Shown piece after piece: positions 8,046-17,311 of a stretch of DNA of 64,000 bases. Below the pieces are notes generated by a model, which was not told where the DNA came from, ran no database searches, and saw nothing but the letters and a program-made list of their open reading frames with translations. This DNA comes from Streptomyces sp. (lineage in GTDB: Bacteria > Actinomycetota > Actinomycetes > Streptomycetales > Streptomycetaceae), in NCBI GenBank assembly GCA_013362785.1, contig JABFVM010000222.1, positions 19-64,018 of the forward strand, written 5' to 3'. Positions within the stretch are counted from its first letter, which is position 1, and every line of letters begins with the position of its first letter. Both the position numbers and the translations under genes were made by a program.

Positions 8046-9539
8046 ATGGACACAATAGAGCCGCAAGATCATGCCCATTCGATCAGCGAGATCGAATTAC
8101 CGGCCGACCCGGCCGATCTCTTCGTCGTCCTCTATGACGAGCTGCCGGACGAACACTTCAGCGGGCGCCAGGCACTCACCTGGTACGACGACCCGGACCT
8201 GCAGGCCCTCACCGACTCGGTGTGCGAGGACGTCATCCAGCACGGCCGGGCCACCCTCACCCTGGTCCACGGGATCATCCACGAGTACGGCGACGCGGGG
8301 AGGTTCGCCGTACTGATCGGCCTCGACCAGGCATTCCGCCACGCCGGGGTGCACCCGGGGTGCATACCCGTGGCGAAGCTGGAATGGCTCAGCGTGCGCT
8401 ACAACGAAACACACAGCCTCAACAGCAACACAAAGCACACCGGGCTTTTACTGCCCCGCTTCACCCGTCCGGCCAGGCTGCTCGCCGAACCGGCCGACAA
8501 ACCCGATTTCTTCGGAGTGCACCGGGTGACTCCATCCCAGTGCGCAGGAATACACCACACGGGGATCGAGCCCGATATAGATCCCGGATTCCATCCCGAG
8601 AAAACGATTTCCATCGGGTCGGTGCCGATGTTGGAAACCCACCACGATCTGAAGTTCGATTACTCCGCGGCCAATGGCGCCGGTCTTTACCGGATCACTC
8701 CGAAGGAAGGAGTCCTGGGCCCGCGGATCGACACCGTGATCCGTGACCTGGAGAATTCGGGTGCTGTGATCGGAGTCCTGCCCGAGTGCACGCTCTCCAA
8801 CGACCTGCTGGAGCACTGGGAGGGTCTGCTGGACGCCGACCCGCCACCGGCCAGCAGCCTGGAATGGATCCTCCTCGGCACAGGTCCGCTCGGCTGCATG
8901 AATCCGCCGCCGAACCGGGCCGTTCTGGTGGACCGAGTCACCGGGCAGCAGCTGCTGAAGCAGGACAAGCGGGCCGGCTTCACGTTCGGCGTCGGTCAGG
9001 CGGCCGAGTGGGGGTTGCCCGGCCACCCCGTGCGCGAACCCATGGCCGAGGACATCACCAGGGGTCAGCAGGTCACCGTCCTGGAGACCACCATGGGGCG
9101 CATCGCCGTCCTCATCTGCGAGGACGTCAAACAGAACGCCGCCTGGATCGGCAAGTGCCAGGCCTTCGGCGTCTCCCACATCTTCGTCCCGCTGTTCGCC
9201 GCACCGATCAGCTGGGAGCTGAAGAAGTGGGAGCGGATCGCCGCGGAGCACTGTGTCGACGAACTCGGCGCCTGGGTCGTGCTGGCCAACAGCCTCGCCG
9301 TGGGGGAGGCGCTGGATCTGGAGCCGCGGATCAAGCAGGAGGACTTCTTCAACTGCCTGGTGATCGGCCCGCGGATTCCCAGGCCGAAGGGGTACGGCAA
9401 GCATCCCGCCCAGTTCTGCCGTTCCGACAGCGGCACAGAGCTCGCCCGGGTCATCTGCGACGAGAACGGCGACAAGCCCGCGGTCGAGGTGGGTACGCCG
9501 CCGCCCCTGCCCTCGATCCAGTGCGGGCGAGGGGACTGA
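8046..9539 (+). CDS. Carbon-nitrogen hydrolase (nitrilase-fold) protein with a long uncharacterised N-terminal region
   Basis: Candidate catalytic triad in nitrilase order and context: VLPE (E247), QDK (K308), LICED (C358), plus a VLANS motif. RBS GGGGGA. TTA at codons 18 and 135. Confidence 0.72.
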   Translation: MDTIEPQDHAHSISEIELPADPADLFVVLYDELPDEHFSGRQALTWYDDPDLQALTDSVCEDVIQHGRATLTLVHGIIHEYGDAGRFAVLIGLDQAFRHAGVHPGCIPVAKLEWLSVRYNETHSLNSNTKHTGLLLPRFTRPARLLAEPADKPDFFGVHRVTPSQCAGIHHTGIEPDIDPGFHPEKTISIGSVPMLETHHDLKFDYSAANGAGLYRITPKEGVLGPRIDTVIRDLENSGAVIGVLPECTLSNDLLEHWEGLLDADPPPASSLEWILLGTGPLGCMNPPPNRAVLVDRVTGQQLLKQDKRAGFTFGVGQAAEWGLPGHPVREPMAEDITRGQQVTVLETTMGRIAVLICEDVKQNAAWIGKCQAFGVSHIFVPLFAAPISWELKKWERIAAEHCVDELGAWVVLANSLAVGEALDLEPRIKQEDFFNCLVIGPRIPRPKGYGKHPAQFCRSDSGTELARVICDENGDKPAVEVGTPPPLPSIQCGRGD

Positions 9540-9582
9540 ACGGGACTGACAAGGGGGTGAGCCCGAGGGGACGGCCGCCCGC

Positions 9583-10689
9583 TTACTCCAGCCCGTACAC
9601 CCGCCTCGCGTTCCCCGCCGCCACCATCTCCGCCACCCGCTGTGCGTCCACCAAGGACCACGCCCCCTCGGCCACCCAGCCGCCGAGCACCCTGGCGAGG
9701 GCCTCGCGGAAGAGGCCCGCGCCCACCACATGGAGTTCGGGCAGGCCCTGGGCGCCGCTGGAGAAGAGGATCTTCCCGAAGGGGGCCAGTTCCAGGATCT
9801 CGGCGAGGATGGTGGCCGCCCGGGCGCCCGTGCGGATGAGGGCGGCGCCCGAGTCGGTGTAGACGTGTGGGAAGACGCCGGCCAGATGGGCGGCGTGGCG
9901 GTGGTACGGGTAGCCGTGCAGCAGGATCAGGTCGGTGCCGAGGCCGGCCGTGGCACGGACGAAGTCGGTGAGCAGGACCGGGTCCGTACGGTCGATGCGC
10001 ACACCCGGCTCCCCCATCCCCGCGTGCAGTTGGAGCGGCAGCCCCGACGCGATCGCGATCCACAGCAGATGCCGTAGCAGCACCGGGTCGGTCAGCTCCC
10101 CGCCCACCCTGCGCCCCGCCAGCCAGCGGCCCGCCGCGCCCCGTACCTCTCCCGGCCCCGGGGGCTCGGGGGCGAGCGCCAGTCCGTGCCGGGCTCCGGC
10201 GACGGAGGTGAAGGCGACAGCGCCGGCCGCGGCGCCGTGCACCGATTCGGCGAGGTTGGCGAGGAAGGACTCGACGGTGCCGGAGGTGTCGGCGACCTGT
10301 TCGGCGAGCAGCTCCAGGCGCACGATCTCGCGGGCCCCGGCGGAGGCGGCGGAGGCGAGTTCGTCGGGGCCGGTGAGGTCGCCGGGCACGCCGGTGTCGA
10401 TCAGATAGGTCGTGATGCCGCTGCCGCGCAGCAGGCGCCGGCCCGACTCCAGTACGCCCAGTTCACGGCGCCTGGCCAGATAGCGGGCGGGTGAGCAGTG
10501 CGGTTCCAGGCCGAGTAACGGGGGGCACCAACGTCGTACGGCGAAACCCGTCTGGGTGTCGAAGAGTGTGGTCCCGGGGGCGGGCGGGCCCTCCGTGCGG
10601 GCCAACTGGGCCTCGAAGGTGCCGAGGCCCAGCTCCGTCCGCAGTACGCCGTGGCAGTACTGGTCCACGAGGGACGGCGTTTCGATCAT
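9583..10689 (-). CDS. Amidohydrolase-family (FluG N-terminal-like) protein
   Basis: VDQYCHG, LQLHAGMG, LLHGYPY, KILFSSGA, GNARRVY. TTA at codon 58. Confidence 0.8.
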   Translation of the reverse strand: MIETPSLVDQYCHGVLRTELGLGTFEAQLARTEGPPAPGTTLFDTQTGFAVRRWCPPLLGLEPHCSPARYLARRRELGVLESGRRLLRGSGITTYLIDTGVPGDLTGPDELASAASAGAREIVRLELLAEQVADTSGTVESFLANLAESVHGAAAGAVAFTSVAGARHGLALAPEPPGPGEVRGAAGRWLAGRRVGGELTDPVLLRHLLWIAIASGLPLQLHAGMGEPGVRIDRTDPVLLTDFVRATAGLGTDLILLHGYPYHRHAAHLAGVFPHVYTDSGAALIRTGARAATILAEILELAPFGKILFSSGAQGLPELHVVGAGLFREALARVLGGWVAEGAWSLVDAQRVAEMVAAGNARRVYGLE

Positions 10690-10766
10690 CCTGGCTCCCC
10701 GTGGGTGGACTGCGCTTGCTACAGGTCCTAACGGGTGAACCGGTGACTTGGTGTTGCGGAAGTGGA

Positions 10767-10814
10767 AGGGTCGCTCAGGAAAAGAGGGTGGCCCAGGAAG
10801 AGAGGGTCGCTCAG
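10767..10814. repeat. Imperfect 18-bp tandem repeat (about 2.7 copies) including the stop codon of the 96-aa gene
   Basis: AGGGTCGCTCAGGAAAAG / AGGGTGGCCCAGGAAGAG / AGGGTCGCTCAG. Confidence 0.8.
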
Positions 10815-11101
10815 CCGCCGAGCTGAATGCCCGCCATCCGCTTCCACTCGTACTTGCCCGTCGTCACCTTCGCCGCGAACTCGCCGTCGAACGACTCGTG
10901 GCGCGTGACACCGGCCTTCTCCACGGCCTGCTCGGCGATCTCGTACGACGGTGCCACCAGGTCTCCCCAGCCGCCGTCCTCGCCGACGAGCACGATGCGG
11001 GCGCCGCGCTGTCCGATGTACGCGACCTGCGCCTCGGCGCCGCCGTGGGACTTCGCGAAGGTGTTGATCTGCTTGGCCAGCTTGGCCACCTTGTCTGCCA
11101 T
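10811..11101 (-). CDS. Small hypothetical protein
   Basis: Coding-like codon bias; TAGCAT -10 lies 7 nt before the ATG. Confidence 0.8.
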   Translation of the reverse strand: MADKVAKLAKQINTFAKSHGGAEAQVAYIGQRGARIVLVGEDGGWGDLVAPSYEIAEQAVEKAGVTRHESFDGEFAAKVTTGKYEWKRMAGIQLGG

Positions 11102-11182
11102 GGCCAGGATGCTACTCGCGGGTAGATCGGCTGGCGAGAGCAGGGCCCTGTGACCTACGTCAGTGCGGGAAGGTGACCTGCG

Positions 11183-12130
11183 TCAGCGCAGGAACGGGTC
11201 CACGGCCACGGCCACGAAGAGCAGCGAGACATAGGTGATGGACCAGTGGAACAGCCGCATCTCCTTCAGCTTCCCGCCCGTCACCTCGGCCTTCGCGCGG
11301 TTCTGCAGCGCGTGCGCCTCCCACAGCCACCAGCCGCCCGCGGCGAGCGCGACCGCGGTGTAGAACCAGCCCGTGTAGCCGAGCGGCGTCAGCAGGAGCG
11401 AGACCGCGACCATCACCCAGCTGTAGATGACGATCTGCTTGGCGACGACCTTGTTGGAGGCGACGACGGGGAGCATCGGCACGCCCACGCGCGCGTAGTC
11501 GTCCTTCACCTTCATGGACAGCGGCCAGTAGTGCGGCGGCGTCCAGAAGAAGATCACCATGAAGAGGATGAGCGGGGCCCAGGACAGCGAGTTCGTGACC
11601 GCGGACCAGCCGATCAGTACCGGCATGCAGCCCGCGATGCCGCCCCACACGATGTTCTGCGCCGTGCGGCGCTTGAGGATCATCGTGTAGACGACGACGT
11701 AGAAGAGGAGCGCGCCGAGGGAGAGCCAGGCCGAGAGCCAGTTGACGGTGAGGCCGAAGAGCAGCGTGGAGACGACCGCCAGGGTGATGCCGAAGGCCAG
11801 GCACTCACGCGGCGACACCATGCCGGTGACCAGCGGGCGCTGCGAGGTGCGGTCCATGAGCGCGTCGATGTCACGGTCGATGTACATGTTCAGCGCGTTG
11901 GCGCCACCCGCGGAGAGGTAGCCGCCGATGCAGGTGAGCAGCACCAGACCGAGGTCCGGCACACCCTGCTCGGCCAGGAACATCACCGGAACGGTGGTGA
12001 TGAGCAGCAGCTCGATGATCCGCGGCTTGGTAAGCGCCACGAACGCCTTGACCCGGGCCCCGATCGGCCGCCGGCTCGGGCTCTGGCTCGTCCCGATAAT
12101 CCCCGCTGGACGGGATTCAACGGCCGTCAC
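11183..12130 (-). CDS. ctaB: Protoheme IX farnesyltransferase (heme O synthase)
   Basis: [54 protein letters not shown]. Start position approximate. Confidence 0.93.
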   Translation of the reverse strand: MTAVESRPAGIIGTSQSPSRRPIGARVKAFVALTKPRIIELLLITTVPVMFLAEQGVPDLGLVLLTCIGGYLSAGGANALNMYIDRDIDALMDRTSQRPLVTGMVSPRECLAFGITLAVVSTLLFGLTVNWLSAWLSLGALLFYVVVYTMILKRRTAQNIVWGGIAGCMPVLIGWSAVTNSLSWAPLILFMVIFFWTPPHYWPLSMKVKDDYARVGVPMLPVVASNKVVAKQIVIYSWVMVAVSLLLTPLGYTGWFYTAVALAAGGWWLWEAHALQNRAKAEVTGGKLKEMRLFHWSITYVSLLFVAVAVDPFLR

Positions 12131-12527
12131 GCACACCCCTGACAGAGACATCCCAGCAAGCCTCCCCGTGTGAAGTCCCGGTAAAGGCTCGCGCGTACCA
12201 CGCCACTGTAGACGTTGCCCAGACCCGGACATTCGCGGGGGTGGGGTCGTGTTGGAGGGGGTGGTCCGGAGGGTCGTCCGACGGGCGCGCCGAAGCTCGA
12301 TTGAGCACCCGGATGAGCGGCTCCGTATTCACTTGCCGAATGCGGAACGACCCGGTCGGGAGGCACATCCCGGCGACTCCCGGCAGTCTGGAATGAGGCG
12401 AAAAAACGCACGTACTTCCGGGGGTAGGCTCGACAACGGCCGGCCGACGCCGAGTACGCCGGCAGCCGGTGGGCGTGTGTGCCCGTGACACCGGCAACCG
12501 ACATGTGGAGAGGAGCCCTGACCCAGG

Positions 12528-14615
12528 GTGAGCACCAAGCCGACCACCACAGACCTCGACTGGACCGAGTTGGACCAGCGGGCCGTCGACACCGCCCGCG
12601 TCCTGGCCGCCGACGCCGTACAGAAGGTCGGCAACGGCCATCCGGGTACGGCGATGAGCCTGGCACCTGCCGCCTACACCCTCTTCCAGAAGGTGATGCG
12701 GCACGACCCCGCGGACCCCGAGTGGGTCGGGCGCGACCGCTTCGTGCTGTCCGCCGGCCACTCGTCCCTGACCCTTTACACCCAGCTCTACCTGGCCGGT
12801 TTCGGTCTGGAGCTGGATGACCTGAAGGCGTTCCGGACGTGGGGTTCGAAGACCCCCGGCCACCCGGAGTACGGCCACACCGTGGGCGTGGAGACCACCA
12901 CAGGGCCGCTGGGCCAGGGTGTCGCCAACGCCGTCGGCATGGCGATGGCCGCCCGCTACGAGCGAGGTCTGTTCGACCCGGAGGCCGCCGAGGGCACCTC
13001 CCCCTTCGACCACTTCGTCTACGCCATCGCCGGTGACGGCTGCCTCCAGGAGGGCATCTCCGCGGAGGCGTCCTCGCTGGCCGGTCACCAGAAGCTCGGC
13101 AACCTGGTCCTGCTGTGGGACGACAACCACATCTCGATCGAGGGCGACACCGAGACGGCCGTCTCCGAGGACGTCTGCAAGCGGTACGAGGCGTACGGCT
13201 GGCATGTGCAGCGGATCGCCCCGAAGCCGGACGGCGACCTGGACCCGCACGCCATCTACAACGCGATCGAGGCCGCGAAGAAGGTGACGGACAAGCCGTC
13301 CTTCATCGCGATGCGCTCGATCATCGCCTGGCCCGCCCCGAACGCGCAGAACACCGAGGCCGCCCACGGCTCGGCGCTCGGCGACGACGAGGTCGCGGCC
13401 ACCAAGCGCGTCCTCGGCTTCGACCCGGAGCAGTCCTTCGAGGTCGCCGACGAGGTCATCACCCACAGCCGCCAGGCCCTGGAGCGGGGTGCCCTGGCGA
13501 AGGCGGAGTGGGAGAAGTCCTTCCAGCTCTGGCGGGACAACAACCCCGAGCGCGCCGCCGAGTTCGACCGGATCAGCAAGGGCGAGCTGCCCACCGGCTG
13601 GGAGGAGAAGCTCCCGGTCTTCGAGCCCGGCAAGGGCGTCGCGACGCGTGCCGCGTCCGGCAAGGTGCTGCAGGCCCTCGGCGCCGTCATCCCCGAGCTG
13701 TGGGGCGGCTCGGCCGACCTGGCCGGCTCCAACAACACCACCATCGACAAGACGTCGTCGTTCCTCCCGGCGGACAACCCGCTCCCGGAGGCCGACCCGT
13801 ACGGCCGCACGATCCACTTCGGCATCCGCGAGCACTCCATGGCCGCGGAGATGAACGGCATCGCGCTGCACGGCAACACCCGTATCTACGGCGGCACCTT
13901 CCTGGTGTTCTCCGACTACATGCGCAACGCCGTGCGTCTGTCGGCGCTGATGCATCTGCCGGTGACGTACGTCTGGACGCACGACTCCATCGGTCTGGGT
14001 GAGGACGGCCCCACGCACCAGCCGATCGAGCACCTCGCGTCCCTGCGCGCCATCCCCGGCCTCAACGTCGTCCGCCCGGCCGACGCCAACGAGACCGCGA
14101 TCGCCTGGCGCGAGATCCTCAAGCGCTACACGAAGGAGTTCGGCAAGGGCGCCCCGCACGGGCTCGCGCTGACCCGTCAGGGCGTACCGGTGTACGAGGC
14201 CAACGAGGACGCCGCGCGCGGTGGCTACGTGCTGTTCGAGGCCGACGGCGGCGAGCCGCAGATCGTCCTCATCGCGACCGGTTCCGAGGTGCACGTCGCC
14301 GTCGAGGCGCGTGAGCGGCTCCAGGCCGACGGTGTGCCGACCCGGGTCGTGTCCATGCCCTCGGTGGAGTGGTTCGAGGAGCAGGACCAGGGGTACCGGG
14401 ACAGCGTTCTGCCGCCGGCCGTCAAGGCGCGGGTGGCGGTCGAGGCCGGCATCGGTCTGACCTGGCACAAGTACGTCGGGGACGCGGGCCGCATCGTTTC
14501 CCTGGAGCACTTCGGTGCTTCGGCCGACGGCAAGGTCCTTTTCCGGGAGTACGGCTTCACTGCCGAGAACGTGGCGGCCGTCGCGCGGGAATCCCTCGCC
14601 GCGGCCCAGCGCTGA
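12528..14615 (+). CDS. tkt: Transketolase
   Basis: GHPG, RDRFVLSAGH, TTGPLGQG, GDGCLQEG TPP motif, HFGIREH, THDSIGLGEDGPTHQP. Confidence 0.97.
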   Translation: MSTKPTTTDLDWTELDQRAVDTARVLAADAVQKVGNGHPGTAMSLAPAAYTLFQKVMRHDPADPEWVGRDRFVLSAGHSSLTLYTQLYLAGFGLELDDLKAFRTWGSKTPGHPEYGHTVGVETTTGPLGQGVANAVGMAMAARYERGLFDPEAAEGTSPFDHFVYAIAGDGCLQEGISAEASSLAGHQKLGNLVLLWDDNHISIEGDTETAVSEDVCKRYEAYGWHVQRIAPKPDGDLDPHAIYNAIEAAKKVTDKPSFIAMRSIIAWPAPNAQNTEAAHGSALGDDEVAATKRVLGFDPEQSFEVADEVITHSRQALERGALAKAEWEKSFQLWRDNNPERAAEFDRISKGELPTGWEEKLPVFEPGKGVATRAASGKVLQALGAVIPELWGGSADLAGSNNTTIDKTSSFLPADNPLPEADPYGRTIHFGIREHSMAAEMNGIALHGNTRIYGGTFLVFSDYMRNAVRLSALMHLPVTYVWTHDSIGLGEDGPTHQPIEHLASLRAIPGLNVVRPADANETAIAWREILKRYTKEFGKGAPHGLALTRQGVPVYEANEDAARGGYVLFEADGGEPQIVLIATGSEVHVAVEARERLQADGVPTRVVSMPSVEWFEEQDQGYRDSVLPPAVKARVAVEAGIGLTWHKYVGDAGRIVSLEHFGASADGKVLFREYGFTAENVAAVARESLAAAQR

Positions 14616-14649
14616 CGCTCATATACGAGACGTAGGAGTTTGATTTTCC

Positions 14650-15768
14650 ATGACAGACGCACTCAAGCGCCTCTCCGAGGAGGGCGTCGCGATCTGGCTG
14701 GACGACCTGTCGCGCCAGCGCATCACGTCCGGCAACCTCGCCGAGCTGATCGACCAGCAGCATGTCGTCGGTGTCACCACCAACCCGACGATCTTCCAGA
14801 AGGCGATCAGCAGCGGTGACGGCTACGACCAGCAGCTCGCCGACCTCGCCGCCCGCAAGGTGACGGTCGAAGAGGCGATCCGCATGATCACCACGGCGGA
14901 CGTCCGTGACGCCGCCGACATCCTGCGCCCGGTCTTCGACGCCACCGGCGGTCAGGACGGCCGGGTCTCCATCGAGGTCGACCCGCGGCTCGCGCACAAC
15001 ACCCGCGCGACCGTCGCCGAGGCCAAGCAGCTGGCCTGGCTGGTCGACCGTCCCAACACCCTGATCAAGATCCCGGCCACCAAGGCGGGCCTTCCGGCGA
15101 TCACCGAGGTCATCGGCCTCGGCATCAGCGTCAACGTCACGCTGATCTTCTCGCTGGAGCGCTACCGCGAGGTCATGAACGCCTACCTGGCCGGTCTGGA
15201 GAAGGCCAAGGAGCGCGGGCTCGACCTGTCGCTGATCCGCTCGGTCGCCTCCTTCTTCGTGTCCCGTGTGGACACCGAGATCGACAAGCGCATCGACGCG
15301 CTCGGCACCGACGAGGCCAAGGCCGCGCGCGGCAAGGCGGGCGTGGCCAACGCGCGCCTCGCCTACCAGGCGTACGAGGAGGTCTTCTCCTCGGACCGCT
15401 GGAGCGCGCTGGAGAACGCGGGCGCCAACAAGCAGCGTCCGCTGTGGGCCTCCACCGGTGTGAAGGACCCGGCCTACAAGGCGACCCTGTACGTCGACGA
15501 CCTGGTGGCGCCGAACACGGTCAACACCATGCCGGAGGCCACCCTGCACGCCACGGAGGAGAAGGGCGAGATCACCGGCAACACCATCGCCGGCAGCTAC
15601 GCCCAGGCCCGCGCCGACCTTGAAGCCGTCGAGAAGCTCGGCATCTCGTACGACGACGTGGTGCAGCTGCTGGAGGACGAGGGCGTCGAGAAGTTCGAGG
15701 CGTCCTGGAACGACCTGCTCAAGTCGACCGAGGCGGAGCTGGAGCGCCTCGCCCCCTCGGAGGGCTGA
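14650..15768 (+). CDS. tal: Transaldolase
   Basis: [38 protein letters not shown]. Confidence 0.97.
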   Translation: MTDALKRLSEEGVAIWLDDLSRQRITSGNLAELIDQQHVVGVTTNPTIFQKAISSGDGYDQQLADLAARKVTVEEAIRMITTADVRDAADILRPVFDATGGQDGRVSIEVDPRLAHNTRATVAEAKQLAWLVDRPNTLIKIPATKAGLPAITEVIGLGISVNVTLIFSLERYREVMNAYLAGLEKAKERGLDLSLIRSVASFFVSRVDTEIDKRIDALGTDEAKAARGKAGVANARLAYQAYEEVFSSDRWSALENAGANKQRPLWASTGVKDPAYKATLYVDDLVAPNTVNTMPEATLHATEEKGEITGNTIAGSYAQARADLEAVEKLGISYDDVVQLLEDEGVEKFEASWNDLLKSTEAELERLAPSEG

Positions 15769-15772
15769 TCCC

Positions 15773-17311
15773 TTGCCACCCTTCAACGTCACTGAAGCGA
15801 ACCCGCTTCGTGACGCCGCCGACCGACGGCTCCCGCGTATCGCGGGGCCGTCGGGCCTGGTGATCTTCGGCGTTACGGGCGATTTGTCACGTAAAAAGCT
15901 GATGCCCGCGGTGTACGACCTCGCCAACCGGGGTCTGCTGCCGCCGGGCTTCTCGCTGGTCGGCTTCGCCCGTCGCGAGTGGGCCCACGAGGACTTCGCC
16001 GCGGAGGTCCACGACGCGGTCAAGGAGCACGCCCGCACCCCCTTCCGCGAGGAGGTCTGGCAGCAGCTCATCCAGGGCATGCGCTTCGTGCAGGGCACCT
16101 TCGACGACGACGATGCCTTCGAGCGGCTGCGCGGCACCATCGAGGAGCTGGACAAGGCCCAGGGCACGGGCGGCAACTTCGCCTTCTACCTGTCGGTGCC
16201 GCCGCGCTCCTTCCCGGTGGTCATCCAGCAGCTGAAGAAGCACGGCCTCGCCGACCAGACGTCCGGCTCCTGGCGCCGCGCGGTCATCGAGAAGCCCTTC
16301 GGTCACGACCTGAAGTCGGCCGAGGAGCTCAACAAGGTCGTCCACGAGGTCTTCGGCTCGGACCAGGTCTTCCGGATCGACCACTACCTGGGCAAGGAGA
16401 CCGTCCAGAACATCCTGGCGCTGCGCTTCGCCAACACGATGTTCGAGCCGATCTGGAACCGGTCCTTCGTGGACCATGTGCAGATCACCATGGCCGAGGA
16501 CATCGGCATCGGCGGCCGGGCCGGCTACTACGACGGCATCGGCGCCGCCCGTGACGTCATCCAGAACCACCTCCTCCAGCTGATGGCCCTGACGGCCATG
16601 GAGGAGCCCGCCTCCTTCGACGCGGACGCGCTGGCCGCGGAGAAGACCAAGGTGCTCGGGGCGGTCAGACTCCCCAAGGACCTGGGTCGCGACACGGTGT
16701 TCGCGCAGTACGCGGCCGGCTGGCAGGGCGGCGAGAAGGCCGTCGGGTACCTCCAGGAGGAGGGCACCGACGCCAAGTCGAAGACCGACACCTACGCCGC
16801 GATCAAGCTGGGGATCGACAACCGCCGCTGGGCGGGCGTCCCCTTCTATCTGCGCACCGGCAAGCGGCTCGGCCGCCGGGTCACCGAGATCGCGGTGGTC
16901 TTCCAGCGGGCGCCGCACTCCCCGTTCGACACGACGGCCACCGAGGAACTGGGCCAGAACGCGATCGTGATCCGCGTCCAGCCCGACGAGGGCGTCACGG
17001 TCCGCTTCGGTTCGAAGGTGCCCGGCACCTCGATGGAGATCCGGGACGTGTCGATGGACTTCGCCTACGGCGAGTCCTTCACGGAGTCCTCGCCCGAGGC
17101 GTACGAGCGCCTGATCCTCGACGTCCTGCTCGGCGACTCCAACCTCTTCCCGCGCACCGAGGAGGTCGAGCTGTCCTGGAAGATCCTCGACCCGATCGAG
17201 GAGTACTGGGACACGCACGGCAGGCCCGCCCAGTACCCGTCCGGTACCTGGGGTCCCGTCGAGGCGGACGACATGCTGGAGCGAGACGGACGGAGCTGGC
17301 GCCGGCCATGA
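15773..17311 (+). CDS. zwf: Glucose-6-phosphate 1-dehydrogenase
   Basis: FGVTGDL, IEKPFG, RIDHYLGKE, DVIQNH. Start uncertain (TTG at 15773). Confidence 0.96.
   Translation: MPPFNVTEANPLRDAADRRLPRIAGPSGLVIFGVTGDLSRKKLMPAVYDLANRGLLPPGFSLVGFARREWAHEDFAAEVHDAVKEHARTPFREEVWQQLIQGMRFVQGTFDDDDAFERLRGTIEELDKAQGTGGNFAFYLSVPPRSFPVVIQQLKKHGLADQTSGSWRRAVIEKPFGHDLKSAEELNKVVHEVFGSDQVFRIDHYLGKETVQNILALRFANTMFEPIWNRSFVDHVQITMAEDIGIGGRAGYYDGIGAARDVIQNHLLQLMALTAMEEPASFDADALAAEKTKVLGAVRLPKDLGRDTVFAQYAAGWQGGEKAVGYLQEEGTDAKSKTDTYAAIKLGIDNRRWAGVPFYLRTGKRLGRRVTEIAVVFQRAPHSPFDTTATEELGQNAIVIRVQPDEGVTVRFGSKVPGTSMEIRDVSMDFAYGESFTESSPEAYERLILDVLLGDSNLFPRTEEVELSWKILDPIEEYWDTHGRPAQYPSGTWGPVEADDMLERDGRSWRRP

Noticed and set aside
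9530-9552. Fourth TTGTCAG (PafBC-like) motif on the minus strand
   Set aside because: There is no TAnnnT at the 10-nt spacing, and it points antisense into the nitrilase gene.
5560-9600. Island as an IS, prophage or integrative element
   Set aside because: No integrase, transposase, tRNA target or flanking direct repeat was found. Only a short local GGGACTGA duplication (9532/9542) is present.
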